A DNA stretch of 64,000 bases from an uncultured Ardenticatenia bacterium. Lineage in GTDB: Bacteria > Chloroflexota > Anaerolineae > 4572-78 > NAK82. A model generated the notes under the pieces. The model was not told where the DNA came from, did no database searches, and saw nothing but the letters and a program-made list of their open reading frames with translations. The stretch covers positions 50,097 to 114,096 of the forward strand of contig CAKZLO010000010.1 of NCBI GenBank assembly GCA_937127125.1. Direction: 5' to 3'. Positions 1-9,827 of the stretch are shown one piece after another; position 1 is the first letter of the stretch, and each line of letters opens with the position of its first letter. The position numbers were made by a program, and so were the translations under genes.

Positions 1-339
1 GGCGTTTTAGCTTTCTTGTGGTACAACGCCTATCCTGCCCAGCTCTTTATGGGTGACACGGGGTCGCTCGCCTTGGGTGCTACGCTCGGGGTGGTGGCGT
101 TGATGACTGGCCAATGGCTATTGCTTCCGGTAGTTGGAGCCGTGTTTCTGGCTGAAGCGCTATCTGACATCCTCCAGGTGGTCTATTTCAAGCTCACCAA
201 AGGTAGACGATTGTTCAGAATGGCGCCACTGCACCATCATTTTGAGCTGCTGGGCTGGTCCGAGACACAGGTGGCCCAGCGTTTCTGGCTGGTGGGTATT
301 CTGGCAGCGATGTTAGGTGTTGCATTAGCTCTGATCTGA
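1..339 (+). CDS. mraY: Phospho-N-acetylmuramoyl-pentapeptide transferase MraY, C-terminal fragment (5' end outside window)
   Basis: Frame is open from base 1. Translation ...[15 protein letters not shown]...[15 protein letters not shown]... matches the conserved C-terminal part of MraY. Lies at the head of the dcw cluster. Confidence 0.9.
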   Translation, partial: GVLAFLWYNAYPAQLFMGDTGSLALGATLGVVALMTGQWLLLPVVGAVFLAEALSDILQVVYFKLTKGRRLFRMAPLHHHFELLGWSETQVAQRFWLVGILAAMLGVALALI

Positions 340-425
340 GCAAATTGGCGATCTAACTTCGATGCCAAGGGGTAAGTTCTGCAACATTTTTTCATAATGG
401 AATCCGAAGCAGGAGGCAAAAAGAA

Positions 426-743
426 ATGAAAATGTCCACTACAGTCCCCAACACCAAGCAGATGACATTCCGGAGTCACAACGGGCGAAGCCGCAGCATA
501 GAACCTCAGATGGATGACGCTGATGCGCGCTACGCCGCTGCCCTGCGTCTCGTACAGCTCATAGATCGTGATTTACAGAAGGGAACACGCCATTATTACG
601 ACGCAAGTGGCAAGCTCCTCGTGTCGCTAGACGAGGTTGTACAAGCCATTCTCAACGATACCCTAGTGGTGGACAAGCCTCCCCGATTCTTGTCCGAGCA
701 GGATGTGGTGAACTGGTCGGCAGTGGGGGAGGTCGTCGTTTAG
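426..743 (+). CDS. Hypothetical soluble 105-aa protein embedded between mraY and murD
   Basis: ATG at 426 is preceded by AGGAGG (411-416) with a 9-nt spacer. No TM segment and no family recognised. Same strand as the flanking dcw genes. Confidence 0.5.
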   Translation: MKMSTTVPNTKQMTFRSHNGRSRSIEPQMDDADARYAAALRLVQLIDRDLQKGTRHYYDASGKLLVSLDEVVQAILNDTLVVDKPPRFLSEQDVVNWSAVGEVVV

Positions 744-815
744 GGTGGTTGTCTTGATCTAACCGATTCGGACGGTTAAGGCTGTCCGAGCCACACAGTA
801 GGCGAGGCAGTCGGT

Positions 816-2372
816 ATGCGCTGCTTTTACAATGTGATGCAGGCGGCCGATTTGCGCGACCGTCGCGCTGTTGTTATTGGCTTGGCGCGTGAAGGAGAAG
901 CCTTGACACGGTTTCTGATCTCTCATGGATGCCAAGTCGTGGCGACGGATCTGCGACCTTCGGAGGCGTTTGGCGAGCGACTAAACACACTTGTTGACGC
1001 CGGTGTGCAGCTTGTGTTGGGGGGTCACCCTTTCTCTCTGTTGGACAAGGCTGAAATTGTCTTTGTCAGTCCTGGTGTCCCGTTCGATGCCCCCTTGCTA
1101 AATGAAGCGCGCAAACGCGGCCTGCCGCTGAGCACAGAAAGTCGCCTTTTCTGTGAGCTTTGTACAGCCCCGATCGTAGGGATCACCGGCTCAAGCGGCA
1201 AGACAACTACCACTGCCTTGATTGGAGAAATGCTTCGCGTTGATGGGCATCGGACTTGGGTAGGGGGTAACATCGGAAGACCTCTCATTGAGGAGGTGGA
1301 ACAAATCCGAGCAACAGATTACGTTGTGATGGAGCTCTCCAGCTTTCAGCTGGAGTACTATCACCCTTCGACAAATGCTCACGTGTATGATGTGGACCCA
1401 GCCTGGATGTCCCTCTTGTGTGGCTGGAGCCCGCACATTGGGGTCATTCTGAATGTCACGCCCAATCATTTGGATCGTCATCCATCTATGGAGGCGTATG
1501 TTCATGCGAAGCGAGCAGTAGTGGCCTATCGGAAGCCGGAGAGCGTCGCAGTATTAAACTATGACAACCCAATTACCAGAATGATCGGTGAGGAGCTATT
1601 TGGCGATGTCCGTTGGTTCAGCCAGCGTGCACAAGTCGCATCAGGCGCGTGCCTGACGGAAACTGAATATGGATTTGAAATCGTGGTTCAGAGGAACCCA
1701 TCGGTGCACTCATATAGGGTAGAAAGCTACCCAGTGTGCCGTGTGAGTGACATACGTCTGCGAGGTGAACACAACGTAGCCAATGTTCTGGCTGCTTGTG
1801 CTGTCGCTGACGCGTTGGGAATCTCGGTTGAAGCGATGCGTCAGGTCTGTACCACTTTCTCTGGTGTCAGCCATCGTCTAGAGTGGGTAGCAAATATAGG
1901 GGGTGTCCAGTACTACAATGACAGCATTGCTACAACTCCAGAAAGGCTAATGGCTGCGCTTCAATCATTTCGAGAGCCTATCGTGCTCCTTGCAGGTGGA
2001 AGAGATAAGCATCTTCCATGGTCAGAAGCAGCGCGTTTGATTCTAGAGCGAACCCGTCACGTCATCTTGTTCGGCGAGGCCGCTGCACTGATCCATGAGG
2101 AACTTTTGAAGGCCAAGGCGACAATATCCCCTAACTTTAGTGGTTGTTGGCCGGTTGTGCATCGCGCGAAATCATTTGATGAAGTGGTGGAGTTGGCTGC
2201 TTCCGTTGCCAGGTCAGGTGATGTCGTGCTCTTGTCACCGGGATGCGCCAGTTTTGATGCCTTCACCGATTTTGCTGAGCGTGGCCTCCGATTTCGGGAG
2301 TTAGTGGAACGGCTGCAAAGACGCACAGCGCAGGGAGATGCTCCTGTTGAGTCGAGGAGTGGAACAGGATGA
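816..2372 (+). CDS. murD: UDP-N-acetylmuramoylalanine--D-glutamate ligase MurD
   Basis: Mur-ligase P-loop GITGSSGKTTTT. Position between mraY and ftsW. At 518 aa it is longer than typical MurD. Alternative ATG at 837. Confidence 0.9.
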   Translation: MRCFYNVMQAADLRDRRAVVIGLAREGEALTRFLISHGCQVVATDLRPSEAFGERLNTLVDAGVQLVLGGHPFSLLDKAEIVFVSPGVPFDAPLLNEARKRGLPLSTESRLFCELCTAPIVGITGSSGKTTTTALIGEMLRVDGHRTWVGGNIGRPLIEEVEQIRATDYVVMELSSFQLEYYHPSTNAHVYDVDPAWMSLLCGWSPHIGVILNVTPNHLDRHPSMEAYVHAKRAVVAYRKPESVAVLNYDNPITRMIGEELFGDVRWFSQRAQVASGACLTETEYGFEIVVQRNPSVHSYRVESYPVCRVSDIRLRGEHNVANVLAACAVADALGISVEAMRQVCTTFSGVSHRLEWVANIGGVQYYNDSIATTPERLMAALQSFREPIVLLAGGRDKHLPWSEAARLILERTRHVILFGEAAALIHEELLKAKATISPNFSGCWPVVHRAKSFDEVVELAASVARSGDVVLLSPGCASFDAFTDFAERGLRFRELVERLQRRTAQGDAPVESRSGTG

Positions 2373-3622
2373 GCATTGGGCGTGGTGCAGGAAACCTTTC
2401 AGGGTATGACTGGCTGCTTGTAGTAGCCATAGTGGCGTTAGTTATTCTCGGATTGATGATGGTCTATAGCGCCACTGCATTCCACGGCCTCAAGTATCGA
2501 CTGGATGCAGATCCTTCGCTACTATTTTTGAAGCAAGTTCTCTGGACTGCAGTTGGTATCGTCGCGCTCATCGTGCTGGCACGCATTGATTATCATCGAT
2601 GGCGCAGATTCTCGGTATTGATATTGGCCGCCACCCTGGCGCTTTTGGGACTTGTCTTAGTGCTTGGCAGGGAAGAGTTTGGAGCTCAGCGCTGGCTGCT
2701 GGGTCGTTTGTTCGGAGAGAAAGGAGGATCTTTACAACCCAGTGAGCTGGCCAAGCTCACCATGGTGCTATATGCTGCCGATTGGCTTGCTTCTAAGGGG
2801 GAACGCATTCGCCTTGTCAAAGCAGGGCTGATACCCTTCGCAGTCTTGCTTGGTTTGGTAGTTGGGCTCATCGTTGCACAGCAACACCTGACTTCGGCAG
2901 CCATTATCGCCACAAACGGTATCGTGATGTTCTTTATCGCGGGTGGCAGTATCTGGCAGATGGTAGTGTGTGGAATTCTTGGGGGCGCCTCAATGGTGTT
3001 GCTTATTCTGGAATCCCCATATCGATTGGAACGTGTTCTCGCATTTCTCTCCCCATTCGGCGAACGGGCGAGGAGCGACTCTCCAGCTATTCAGAACCTC
3101 ATCGCTCTGGCCTCCGGTGGTCTGACAGGGGTCGGCCTTGGAGAGAGCCGGTCGAAGTTTGGATATGTTTCGGTGCCCCATAGTGATAACATCTTCGCTG
3201 TGTTGGGGGAGGAGATGGGGCTGATTGGCTGCCTTATCGTTTTGGGGTTATTTGCATTCATCGCTTACCGGGGATTTCGTATTGCAATGAATGCCCCCGA
3301 TATGTTTGGGACATTGCTGGCCGCTGGCTTAACTTTTGGACTGGTTTTTCAAGCGATTTACAACATTGCTGTTGTTACAGCGACTGCCCCCATAGCGGGT
3401 ATCACATTGCCGTTTGTTAGCTATGGCGGCTCCTCTATGGTGGTGTCGTTAGCGAGTATTGGTCTCCTTTTGTCCGTTTCGCGGGGGACAGCTGGATCTG
3501 AGGGGGTGGATCCTCTGACAGGAGGAACTCTAAGCAGTGAGACTCATGATTTCTGGAGGAGGGACAGGAGGGCACGTCTATCCCGCACTCGCCGTAGTAG
3601 CCTGTTTAACGGGCCAAAGTGA
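2369..3622 (+). CDS. ftsW: SEDS-family peptidoglycan glycosyltransferase FtsW
   Basis: Polytopic SEDS-type sequence (PSELAKL, SDNIFAVLGEEMGLIG, LPFVSYGGSSM). ATGA overlap with the murD stop. Canonical dcw position. The Arg-rich C-terminal tail overlaps murG. Confidence 0.85.
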   Translation: MSIGRGAGNLSGYDWLLVVAIVALVILGLMMVYSATAFHGLKYRLDADPSLLFLKQVLWTAVGIVALIVLARIDYHRWRRFSVLILAATLALLGLVLVLGREEFGAQRWLLGRLFGEKGGSLQPSELAKLTMVLYAADWLASKGERIRLVKAGLIPFAVLLGLVVGLIVAQQHLTSAAIIATNGIVMFFIAGGSIWQMVVCGILGGASMVLLILESPYRLERVLAFLSPFGERARSDSPAIQNLIALASGGLTGVGLGESRSKFGYVSVPHSDNIFAVLGEEMGLIGCLIVLGLFAFIAYRGFRIAMNAPDMFGTLLAAGLTFGLVFQAIYNIAVVTATAPIAGITLPFVSYGGSSMVVSLASIGLLLSVSRGTAGSEGVDPLTGGTLSSETHDFWRRDRRARLSRTRRSSLFNGPK

Positions 3623-4673
3623 TGCGGGCGCTTTTTCGTGCGCTCCGCCTTCTGCGTTGTGTTGGGTGGGCAGCAGCGATGGGATGGAGAGAGTACTCGT
3701 CGAGCGGAATGGGATCCCATTTGCTGGCATCGCAGCATCAGGGATACGCGGCCGTGGTCTATTACATGCAGCTCGTGGAGTGGTCACATTGGCGCGCGGT
3801 TTTGCTCAGGCGCGCCGTCTGATATCTGTATTTCGGCCAGATGTATTGTTTGTGACCGGAGGATACGTTTGTGCGCCAGTTATGCTCGCAGCTTGGCTGG
3901 CGCGCGTACCAATTTTGATTTACTTACCTGACGTTGAGCCTGGTTTGACAATCCGATTATTGGCACGTTTTGCGCGAAGGGTAGCTGTTACTACGGGAGC
4001 GTCGGTGCGTTTCTTCAGTCCGGGCCAGGCGGTGGTGACCGGTTATCCGGTGCGAAAATCTCTTTGGGCAAATTTCGACCGTGGAGCTGCCCGAGAGCGG
4101 TTGGGGTTGGCAATCCAATCTCAAGAGGGAGAAGATGAGCAGGTGTTGTTAGTGATGGGTGGTAGCCAGGGAGCACACAGCATTAACCGGGCGATCTGCA
4201 ACGGGATCACAGAGTTGTTGGTGGAAGCACAGGTGATCCATCTCACCGGCCGGCGGGATGGAGAATGGGTGCGAAGTCACCAGGCTTCACTGCCGAATGA
4301 ACTGCGTGCTCGCTATCATGTGCACGAGTATTTGAACGAAGAGATGACGGACGCTCTGCTGGCGGCTGATTTGGTGGTCGGGCGCGCAGGGGCTTCCACC
4401 TTGGGTGAGTTTCCTGCTGCAGGGCTCCCTAGCGTGTTGGTACCCTACCCTTATGCTGGTGCACATCAATGGGCGAATGCGCGTTTTCTTGCTGATGCAG
4501 GTGCAGCTGTAATTGTGCCAGATCATCTTGTAGATAGCCAGTTGGTGCCAGTTGTGATTTCGCTCCTGAGGGATACTGAGCGCAGAGCAGCGATGGGACG
4601 TGCAGCGCGCAGTCTGGCACAGCCGAATGCAGCCGAACGCATTGTTTGTGAATTAAGAGAGCTGGCATCGTGA
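3537..4673 (+). CDS. murG: Undecaprenyldiphospho-muramoylpentapeptide beta-N-acetylglucosaminyltransferase MurG
   Basis: N-terminal ISGGGTGGHVYPALAV motif. GTG 3537 has AGGAGG at 3520-3525 (11-nt spacer). Alternative ATG at 3546. Confidence 0.9.
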   Translation: MRLMISGGGTGGHVYPALAVVACLTGQSDAGAFSCAPPSALCWVGSSDGMERVLVERNGIPFAGIAASGIRGRGLLHAARGVVTLARGFAQARRLISVFRPDVLFVTGGYVCAPVMLAAWLARVPILIYLPDVEPGLTIRLLARFARRVAVTTGASVRFFSPGQAVVTGYPVRKSLWANFDRGAARERLGLAIQSQEGEDEQVLLVMGGSQGAHSINRAICNGITELLVEAQVIHLTGRRDGEWVRSHQASLPNELRARYHVHEYLNEEMTDALLAADLVVGRAGASTLGEFPAAGLPSVLVPYPYAGAHQWANARFLADAGAAVIVPDHLVDSQLVPVVISLLRDTERRAAMGRAARSLAQPNAAERIVCELRELAS

Positions 4674-5365
4674 ACCAATTGCTGCAGATTGACTACACGC
4701 TGGTCACCTATATTGTGATCGGCATTTTTGCACTAGTAGGATTTATGCGTGGCTGGTGGAAGGAAGCAATCACCACTGGCCTTCTGACACTTTTGGTCTT
4801 GGTGGTCAAACGCCCCGAAGCCGCTGCTACCGTATTCGACTTCATCGATAAACTGGTTATGACGTTGTGGCAAGCTCTGCAACGAGTGCGCGAGACTTCT
4901 GATCTGATCGCCTCAGCACTCCCTGCGGAGGAACCACCCGTGATAGATGCCAAGCGGCATACTGTCTATATCATTATTCTGATTGTAGCTGTGGTTGCTT
5001 CGTACTTCTTCAGTAAGATAGGTCTCGCCCAGAATATGAGCGCTGGTGCGCGTCTGATTGGCGGACTACTAGGTGCTTACAACGGGTACATCGTGCTTAA
5101 TCTCCTCGATTGGTTTATGCGAGGACGGCTGCCCGGAGCCGAGGAGGTGGCAGCGGCTGGTGCTCCGCCTAGTGAAGTTACTCTCAAAGTAACCAACCTC
5201 CCCGCAACGAGGACTTTAGAACAAGATAGCTTGGTCCTGTTGATCTTGGCAGGGGGATTCCTTGTATTTCTATTGGCGCTTGTGACCTCAATCAAGCTTG
5301 GTCGTCAACAGCCACCTTTATATCGCAAAGCCGAAAAGGAGAGGGCACGGGCAAGGAGGTCTTGA
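4670..5365 (+). CDS. CvpA-like integral membrane protein
   Basis: N-terminus IDYTLVTYIVIGIFALVGFMRGWWKEA and later RLIGGLLGAYNGYIVLNLL resemble the CvpA pattern as I recall it from E. coli CvpA. About 4 TM segments. GTGA overlap with the murG stop; its stop overlaps the murC TTG. Confidence 0.6.
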   Translation: MNQLLQIDYTLVTYIVIGIFALVGFMRGWWKEAITTGLLTLLVLVVKRPEAAATVFDFIDKLVMTLWQALQRVRETSDLIASALPAEEPPVIDAKRHTVYIIILIVAVVASYFFSKIGLAQNMSAGARLIGGLLGAYNGYIVLNLLDWFMRGRLPGAEEVAAAGAPPSEVTLKVTNLPATRTLEQDSLVLLILAGGFLVFLLALVTSIKLGRQQPPLYRKAEKERARARRS

Positions 5366-6807
5366 AGTTAGCAGTGGCCAAGCAAGGCTTGCCTGAAAGG
5401 TGTATACATCTGGTCGGCATCGGGGGGGCTGGTCTTTCCGCGATTGCCCGCGTATTGCTGGCGCAGGGATATCGCGTGTCCGGAAGCGATTTGCAGTCTT
5501 CCGAGATGACTCGACAGCTGGAAGCGATGGGTGCTGTGGTCTATATCGGTCACTCAGCAGATCACCTGGGTGCAGAAGAGAATACAGATCTAGAAGCTGT
5601 GATCATCTCCTCTGCCATTGCGGCGGACAATCCAGAAGTGTTAGAAGCACATCGCCGTGGCGTGCCGGTGTACAAACGGGCAGAGTGGCTGAGGCGTATG
5701 ATTGCTCAACAGCATCTGCGTTGCGTGGCTGTTGCAGGTACCCATGGCAAGACGACCACTACTGCTATGATCACGTTGATTGCACATCGAGCTGGTCTGC
5801 AGCCTACTTTCATCGTAGGAGGTACACTGAGTCAGCTGGGTACGAACGCTGGGGCAGGATCCGGCAATGTATTCGTCGTAGAGGCTGATGAGTATGATCG
5901 TATGTTCTTGGGTCTGTACCCAGAGATCGCTGTGTTAACTACAGCGGAGTGGGATCATCCTGATTGCTATCCCACGTGGGAGTCTATGCAGGAGGCCTTC
6001 GTCCAGTTTGTTGAACATATCCCTCAAAAGGGCTGGTTGGTTGCATGTGTAGACGACAGAGGTGTGTGTGAAGTGGTCGAGCGTGCCCGTCACAGCCATC
6101 GGCTATTTGCACAGCTGAACACCTATGGGTTGACACCCGAGGCTCATTGGCAAGCGAAGAATCTGAGCGCGAACGAACATGGTGGTTACGACTTTGAAGC
6201 GGTAAGTGGCGGACGTACTGTAGCAAGGGTCTCATTGCAAGTGCCAGGGATTCACAACGTGCGAAATGCACTTGGCGCTATGGCAGCGGCAGACCATTTG
6301 GGAGTAGATCTCCAATGTACAGTTGACACCATCTCTAACTTTACAGGCGTTGCACGCCGTTTCGAGCACAAGGGCGAGGTTGGTGGGGTGACCGTGCTAG
6401 ATGACTATGCTCACCATCCTACCGAAATTCGGGCCACTTTATCAGCCGCGCGAACGATGTATGGAGGGCGTCCGTTGTGGGCTGTGTTCCAACCACATAC
6501 TTACTCGCGCACGCGGGTGTTACTGGACGATTTCGCCCAGGCATTTGGAAACGCTGATCATGTCATAGTACTTGATGTTTATGCTGCCCGTGAGGCTGAG
6601 GACGAGGAAATTAATGGTGCGCTTGTTGTGAGGCATATGAGTCATCCTGATGCGCACTACGTGGGGCAGATAGAACAAGCAGCTGAGTACGTGCTGGAGC
6701 ATATTGAGCCTGATGCTGTCTTGATCACAATGGGTGCAGGTGATGGCTATCGGGTGGGAGATCTGGTGCTCGAAGGACTGAGATGCCGTGTGCAACAACG
6801 AGCATAA
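5362..6807 (+). CDS. murC: UDP-N-acetylmuramate--L-alanine ligase MurC
   Basis: HLVGIGGAGLSAIARVL...SGSD N-terminal domain and GTHGKTTTT P-loop. Start is ambiguous: TTG 5362 lies only 2 nt after AAGGAGG (5353-5359), and GTG 5374 is in frame. Confidence 0.9.
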   Translation: MKLAVAKQGLPERCIHLVGIGGAGLSAIARVLLAQGYRVSGSDLQSSEMTRQLEAMGAVVYIGHSADHLGAEENTDLEAVIISSAIAADNPEVLEAHRRGVPVYKRAEWLRRMIAQQHLRCVAVAGTHGKTTTTAMITLIAHRAGLQPTFIVGGTLSQLGTNAGAGSGNVFVVEADEYDRMFLGLYPEIAVLTTAEWDHPDCYPTWESMQEAFVQFVEHIPQKGWLVACVDDRGVCEVVERARHSHRLFAQLNTYGLTPEAHWQAKNLSANEHGGYDFEAVSGGRTVARVSLQVPGIHNVRNALGAMAAADHLGVDLQCTVDTISNFTGVARRFEHKGEVGGVTVLDDYAHHPTEIRATLSAARTMYGGRPLWAVFQPHTYSRTRVLLDDFAQAFGNADHVIVLDVYAAREAEDEEINGALVVRHMSHPDAHYVGQIEQAAEYVLEHIEPDAVLITMGAGDGYRVGDLVLEGLRCRVQQRA

Positions 6808-7771
6808 TGCTGACACGTTGCCCCTTGGTCTAGCTCCAAACGTTGCAGCGTTGGGAGCCGATCTGCAAGCCATATTTGGCGACCGTGTGCGCCGTCACGA
6901 ACCTATGGCGTTTCACACTTTGCTGAGAGTGGGCGGCCCGGCTGATCTGTGGCTCGTAGTCACCGCGTTAGATGAGCTGATCACCGCGGTACAGCTGGCG
7001 CGACAGCATCGTTGCCCGGTGCTGTTAGTGGGGAGCGGTGCTAATTTGTTGGTGAGTGATAAGGGAGTGCGTGGGCTCGTGCTGCACAATCGCTGTGAAG
7101 GGACCATTTTCGTAACCGATGATGAGCAACCTCGTGTGACGGCACTCTCCGGGACTCGGCTGAGCTCTCTGGCGCGCAAGGCTGCTCATCACGGGCTGAG
7201 TGGCCTGGAGTGGGCAATAGGTGTGCCGGGTACTCTAGGGGGTGCGCTGATCAATAATGCTGGCGCTTTTGGCAGCTGCATCGCAGATTGCCTTGTTCAA
7301 GCCGAGCTGCTTACCTCCACCGGGGAGCGCCTGTGGCGATCGGTGGAGTGGTTTGGGTATACGTATCGGTCGAGTCGCCTGAAACGTGAGACAGCGGAGA
7401 CGTCGATCTCCTTTGTTGTGCTACAGGCCGAACTTCGCCTTAACCGTGCATCACCAGTGGAGATTGAGGATCGAATGTCTTTGTTCGACGCACAGCGCAG
7501 ACGCAGCCAGCCGAATGGTGCCAGTTTGGGCAGTATGTTCAAGAATCCTCCGGGCGATTATGCCGGACGCCTTATTGAGGCTGCTGGATTGAAAGGAACG
7601 CAAATCGGGGGAGCGCGCATTTCTGAGCAGCATGCGAACTTCTTCTTGAACATAGGTGGGGCGCGTGCTGCTGATTTTGTTGCTCTCATTGAGCTCGCAC
7701 GGGACGAAGTGCGAGCAAGATTTGGCGTGGAGATGGAACTGGAAATTCAGCGGGCAGGAGAGTGGGGGTGA
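6788..7771 (+). CDS. murB: UDP-N-acetylenolpyruvoylglucosamine reductase MurB
   Basis: FAD-binding MurB pattern (HTLLRVGGPADLW, GSGANLLVSD, C-terminal GSMFKNPPG...ISEQHANF). GTG 6788 has GAAGGA 10 nt upstream. Confidence 0.9.
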   Translation: MCNNEHNADTLPLGLAPNVAALGADLQAIFGDRVRRHEPMAFHTLLRVGGPADLWLVVTALDELITAVQLARQHRCPVLLVGSGANLLVSDKGVRGLVLHNRCEGTIFVTDDEQPRVTALSGTRLSSLARKAAHHGLSGLEWAIGVPGTLGGALINNAGAFGSCIADCLVQAELLTSTGERLWRSVEWFGYTYRSSRLKRETAETSISFVVLQAELRLNRASPVEIEDRMSLFDAQRRRSQPNGASLGSMFKNPPGDYAGRLIEAAGLKGTQIGGARISEQHANFFLNIGGARAADFVALIELARDEVRARFGVEMELEIQRAGEWG

Positions 7772-8913
7772 CCAGTACAGATAGCAACACAGCACGTGTG
7801 CAGCCGCGGAAGCTGCGAGTGGGAATTCTCTTTGGGGGTCGCTCTGGCGAGCATGAGGTAAGTCTCGTTTCGGCTCGTGGGATCATCGATGCTATTGATC
7901 GTGAGCGCTATGAGATCGTGCTGATTGGGATCACTCGTGAAGGTCGGTGGGTTGTGGGAGGTGATCCGTTGGAAGCCCTTTCTACAGGTCAGGGCGCAGA
8001 AGACTTAAGCACGGTAAGGGTCTCGCTTGAACCAGGCACCAGCTTTAGAGGAGACTTCTCCATTAAGGAGCTGCAACTACAGGACCTGGATGTCATCTTC
8101 CCTGTCCTGCACGGTCCGTACGGTGAGGACGGTACGGTACAGGGCTTGCTCGAGGTTCTGGCTATACCATATGTGGGAGCCGGTGTGTTAGCAAGCGCGG
8201 TTGCAATGGATAAGGCGATCGCCAGACAACTATTTGTCGCCAATGGGCTGCCTGTGTTGCCGTATTGCGTTTTCCTGAGTCGTTCGTGGAAGTCACGTCC
8301 AGCGGATGTGATCACCGAGTGCGAGCGGACGCTGCAGTATCCGATGTTTACTAAACCTGCCAACTTGGGGTCGAGCGTAGGTGTGAATAAGGTGCGTAAT
8401 CGCACTGAACTTGAGGCAGGATTGGATGAAGCGGCTCGCTACGATCGCAAGATAATCGTGGAGCAGGGTATCGAAGCACGTGAGATCGAAGTGAGTGTCT
8501 TGGGGAATGACACACGTATAGTCTCAATGCCTGGGGAAATTATCCCTTCCCGTGAATTCTACAGCTATGCTGCCAAATACTTGGACAATGCTTCTCAGTT
8601 GCTGATCCCGGCACCGCTGTCGTCCCGAGAGGTGCAACATGTTCAAGAAATTGCGCTCAAGGCTTGTGCTGCTGTGGACTGCGCCGGCATGGCGCGAGTG
8701 GACTTCCTAATGGACAAGCGCACTGGGGAAGTATGGCTAAGTGAGATCAACACAATCCCTGGTTTCACTCCTATCAGTATGTATCCCAAGCTGTGGGAAG
8801 CAAGTGGTATCAGCTACTCTGAGCTCATTGATCGCTTGATTCAGTTGGCATTGGAGCGGTTCGAGGATCGTCAGCGTTGTGTGACACGTTTTGATCCATC
8901 ACGAGCAGCATAA
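7768..8913 (+). CDS. ddl: D-alanine--D-alanine ligase
   Basis: LRVGILFGGRSGEHEVSLVSA N-terminus and ATP-grasp C-terminus (MARVDFLMD...LSEINTIPGFT). GTG 7768 forms a GTGA overlap with the murB stop and lies 7 nt after AGGAG. The ORF is also open from GTG 7762. Confidence 0.9.
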   Translation: MTSTDSNTARVQPRKLRVGILFGGRSGEHEVSLVSARGIIDAIDRERYEIVLIGITREGRWVVGGDPLEALSTGQGAEDLSTVRVSLEPGTSFRGDFSIKELQLQDLDVIFPVLHGPYGEDGTVQGLLEVLAIPYVGAGVLASAVAMDKAIARQLFVANGLPVLPYCVFLSRSWKSRPADVITECERTLQYPMFTKPANLGSSVGVNKVRNRTELEAGLDEAARYDRKIIVEQGIEAREIEVSVLGNDTRIVSMPGEIIPSREFYSYAAKYLDNASQLLIPAPLSSREVQHVQEIALKACAAVDCAGMARVDFLMDKRTGEVWLSEINTIPGFTPISMYPKLWEASGISYSELIDRLIQLALERFEDRQRCVTRFDPSRAA

Positions 8914-8970
8914 AGCAAGGAAGAGTTGGATTTTTATTGGAGTGTGTTAAGTCTGGTCAGGGAAAGATCT

Positions 8971-9801
8971 ATGTTTCGAGCACGCAGTAAGCGCCGTTCG
9001 CAGAGGCGATTGGGAACAGCATATCGAAGCTACACCGATGGCTATCAAGATGCAATCGGGACGCTGCAAGTCCAGCGCCTGCCAGTCTTTGATATGGGGC
9101 GTTTTTCAAAGCTGTTGGCTGGGGGACTGCTCGTGTTCTTCGCTTGGTCGTTCTACTTATTGTTCTCTTCTTCGACCTTTTACGTTTCCCAAGTCGAGGT
9201 GCAAGGCAATGTATTGACAAACCTTAACGAGATATACGCGGCCACTGAGCTCGAAGGTATGAGTATATTCTGGGTAGATCCTGAAGTTGTTAGAGGACGC
9301 GTTGAAGCTTTGCCATACGTTAAGAGAGCTGAGGTACAGGTAACACTACCGGCGAATGTGGTTATTGCAATAGAGGAACGCGTTCCACAACTGGTGTGGA
9401 GGTCGAACAACGACAACAAGACCTGGTGGATAGATGCAGAAGGAGTGGTGCTGGAACCGCGGGGAGTTCTGGAGAAGGCACTTGTGGTATGTGATGAGAG
9501 CGTTCCCCCGTTGGTACGCGAAGCTGGGCAGAGACTTGCTCCTTCTATTCTGGCATCTGTTCGTGAGCTACACGCCTTGTTACCAGATCTTATGGAAATG
9601 ACATACACGGCAGATTGGGGCATTAGTTTCAAGACAGGCGAGGGGTGGCCCGTTTACTTGGGAGATGAGCGCAATATGGAACTTAAGCTCACCATTTTAA
9701 AGGCCCTGCGGAGGCAATTAGTCGAACAGAATACTACCCCTCGTTATATAGATCTGCGATTTCCACCGGATGCTCGCTTTCAGATTGCGATCGGATATTG
9801 A
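8971..9801 (+). CDS. ftsQ: Cell division protein FtsQ (POTRA domain)
   Basis: Basic N-terminus, a single TM (LLAGGLLVFFAWSFYLLF), then a POTRA-like segment FYVSQVEVQGNVLT. Position is ddl-ftsQ-ftsA. Alternative TTG start at 8926. Confidence 0.75.
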   Translation: MFRARSKRRSQRRLGTAYRSYTDGYQDAIGTLQVQRLPVFDMGRFSKLLAGGLLVFFAWSFYLLFSSSTFYVSQVEVQGNVLTNLNEIYAATELEGMSIFWVDPEVVRGRVEALPYVKRAEVQVTLPANVVIAIEERVPQLVWRSNNDNKTWWIDAEGVVLEPRGVLEKALVVCDESVPPLVREAGQRLAPSILASVRELHALLPDLMEMTYTADWGISFKTGEGWPVYLGDERNMELKLTILKALRRQLVEQNTTPRYIDLRFPPDARFQIAIGY

Positions 9802-9826
9802 AATGGCATATGTTGTAGTATATAAT
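9798..9826 (+). promoter_or_regulatory. Putative sigma70-type promoter P1 for ftsA-ftsZ (TTGAAA-17 nt-TATAAT)
   Basis: TTGAAA at 9798-9803 (overlaps the ftsQ stop), an exact 17-nt spacer, then TATAAT at 9821-9826. About 90 nt upstream of the ftsA start. Confidence 0.5.
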
Positions 9827-9827
9827 C

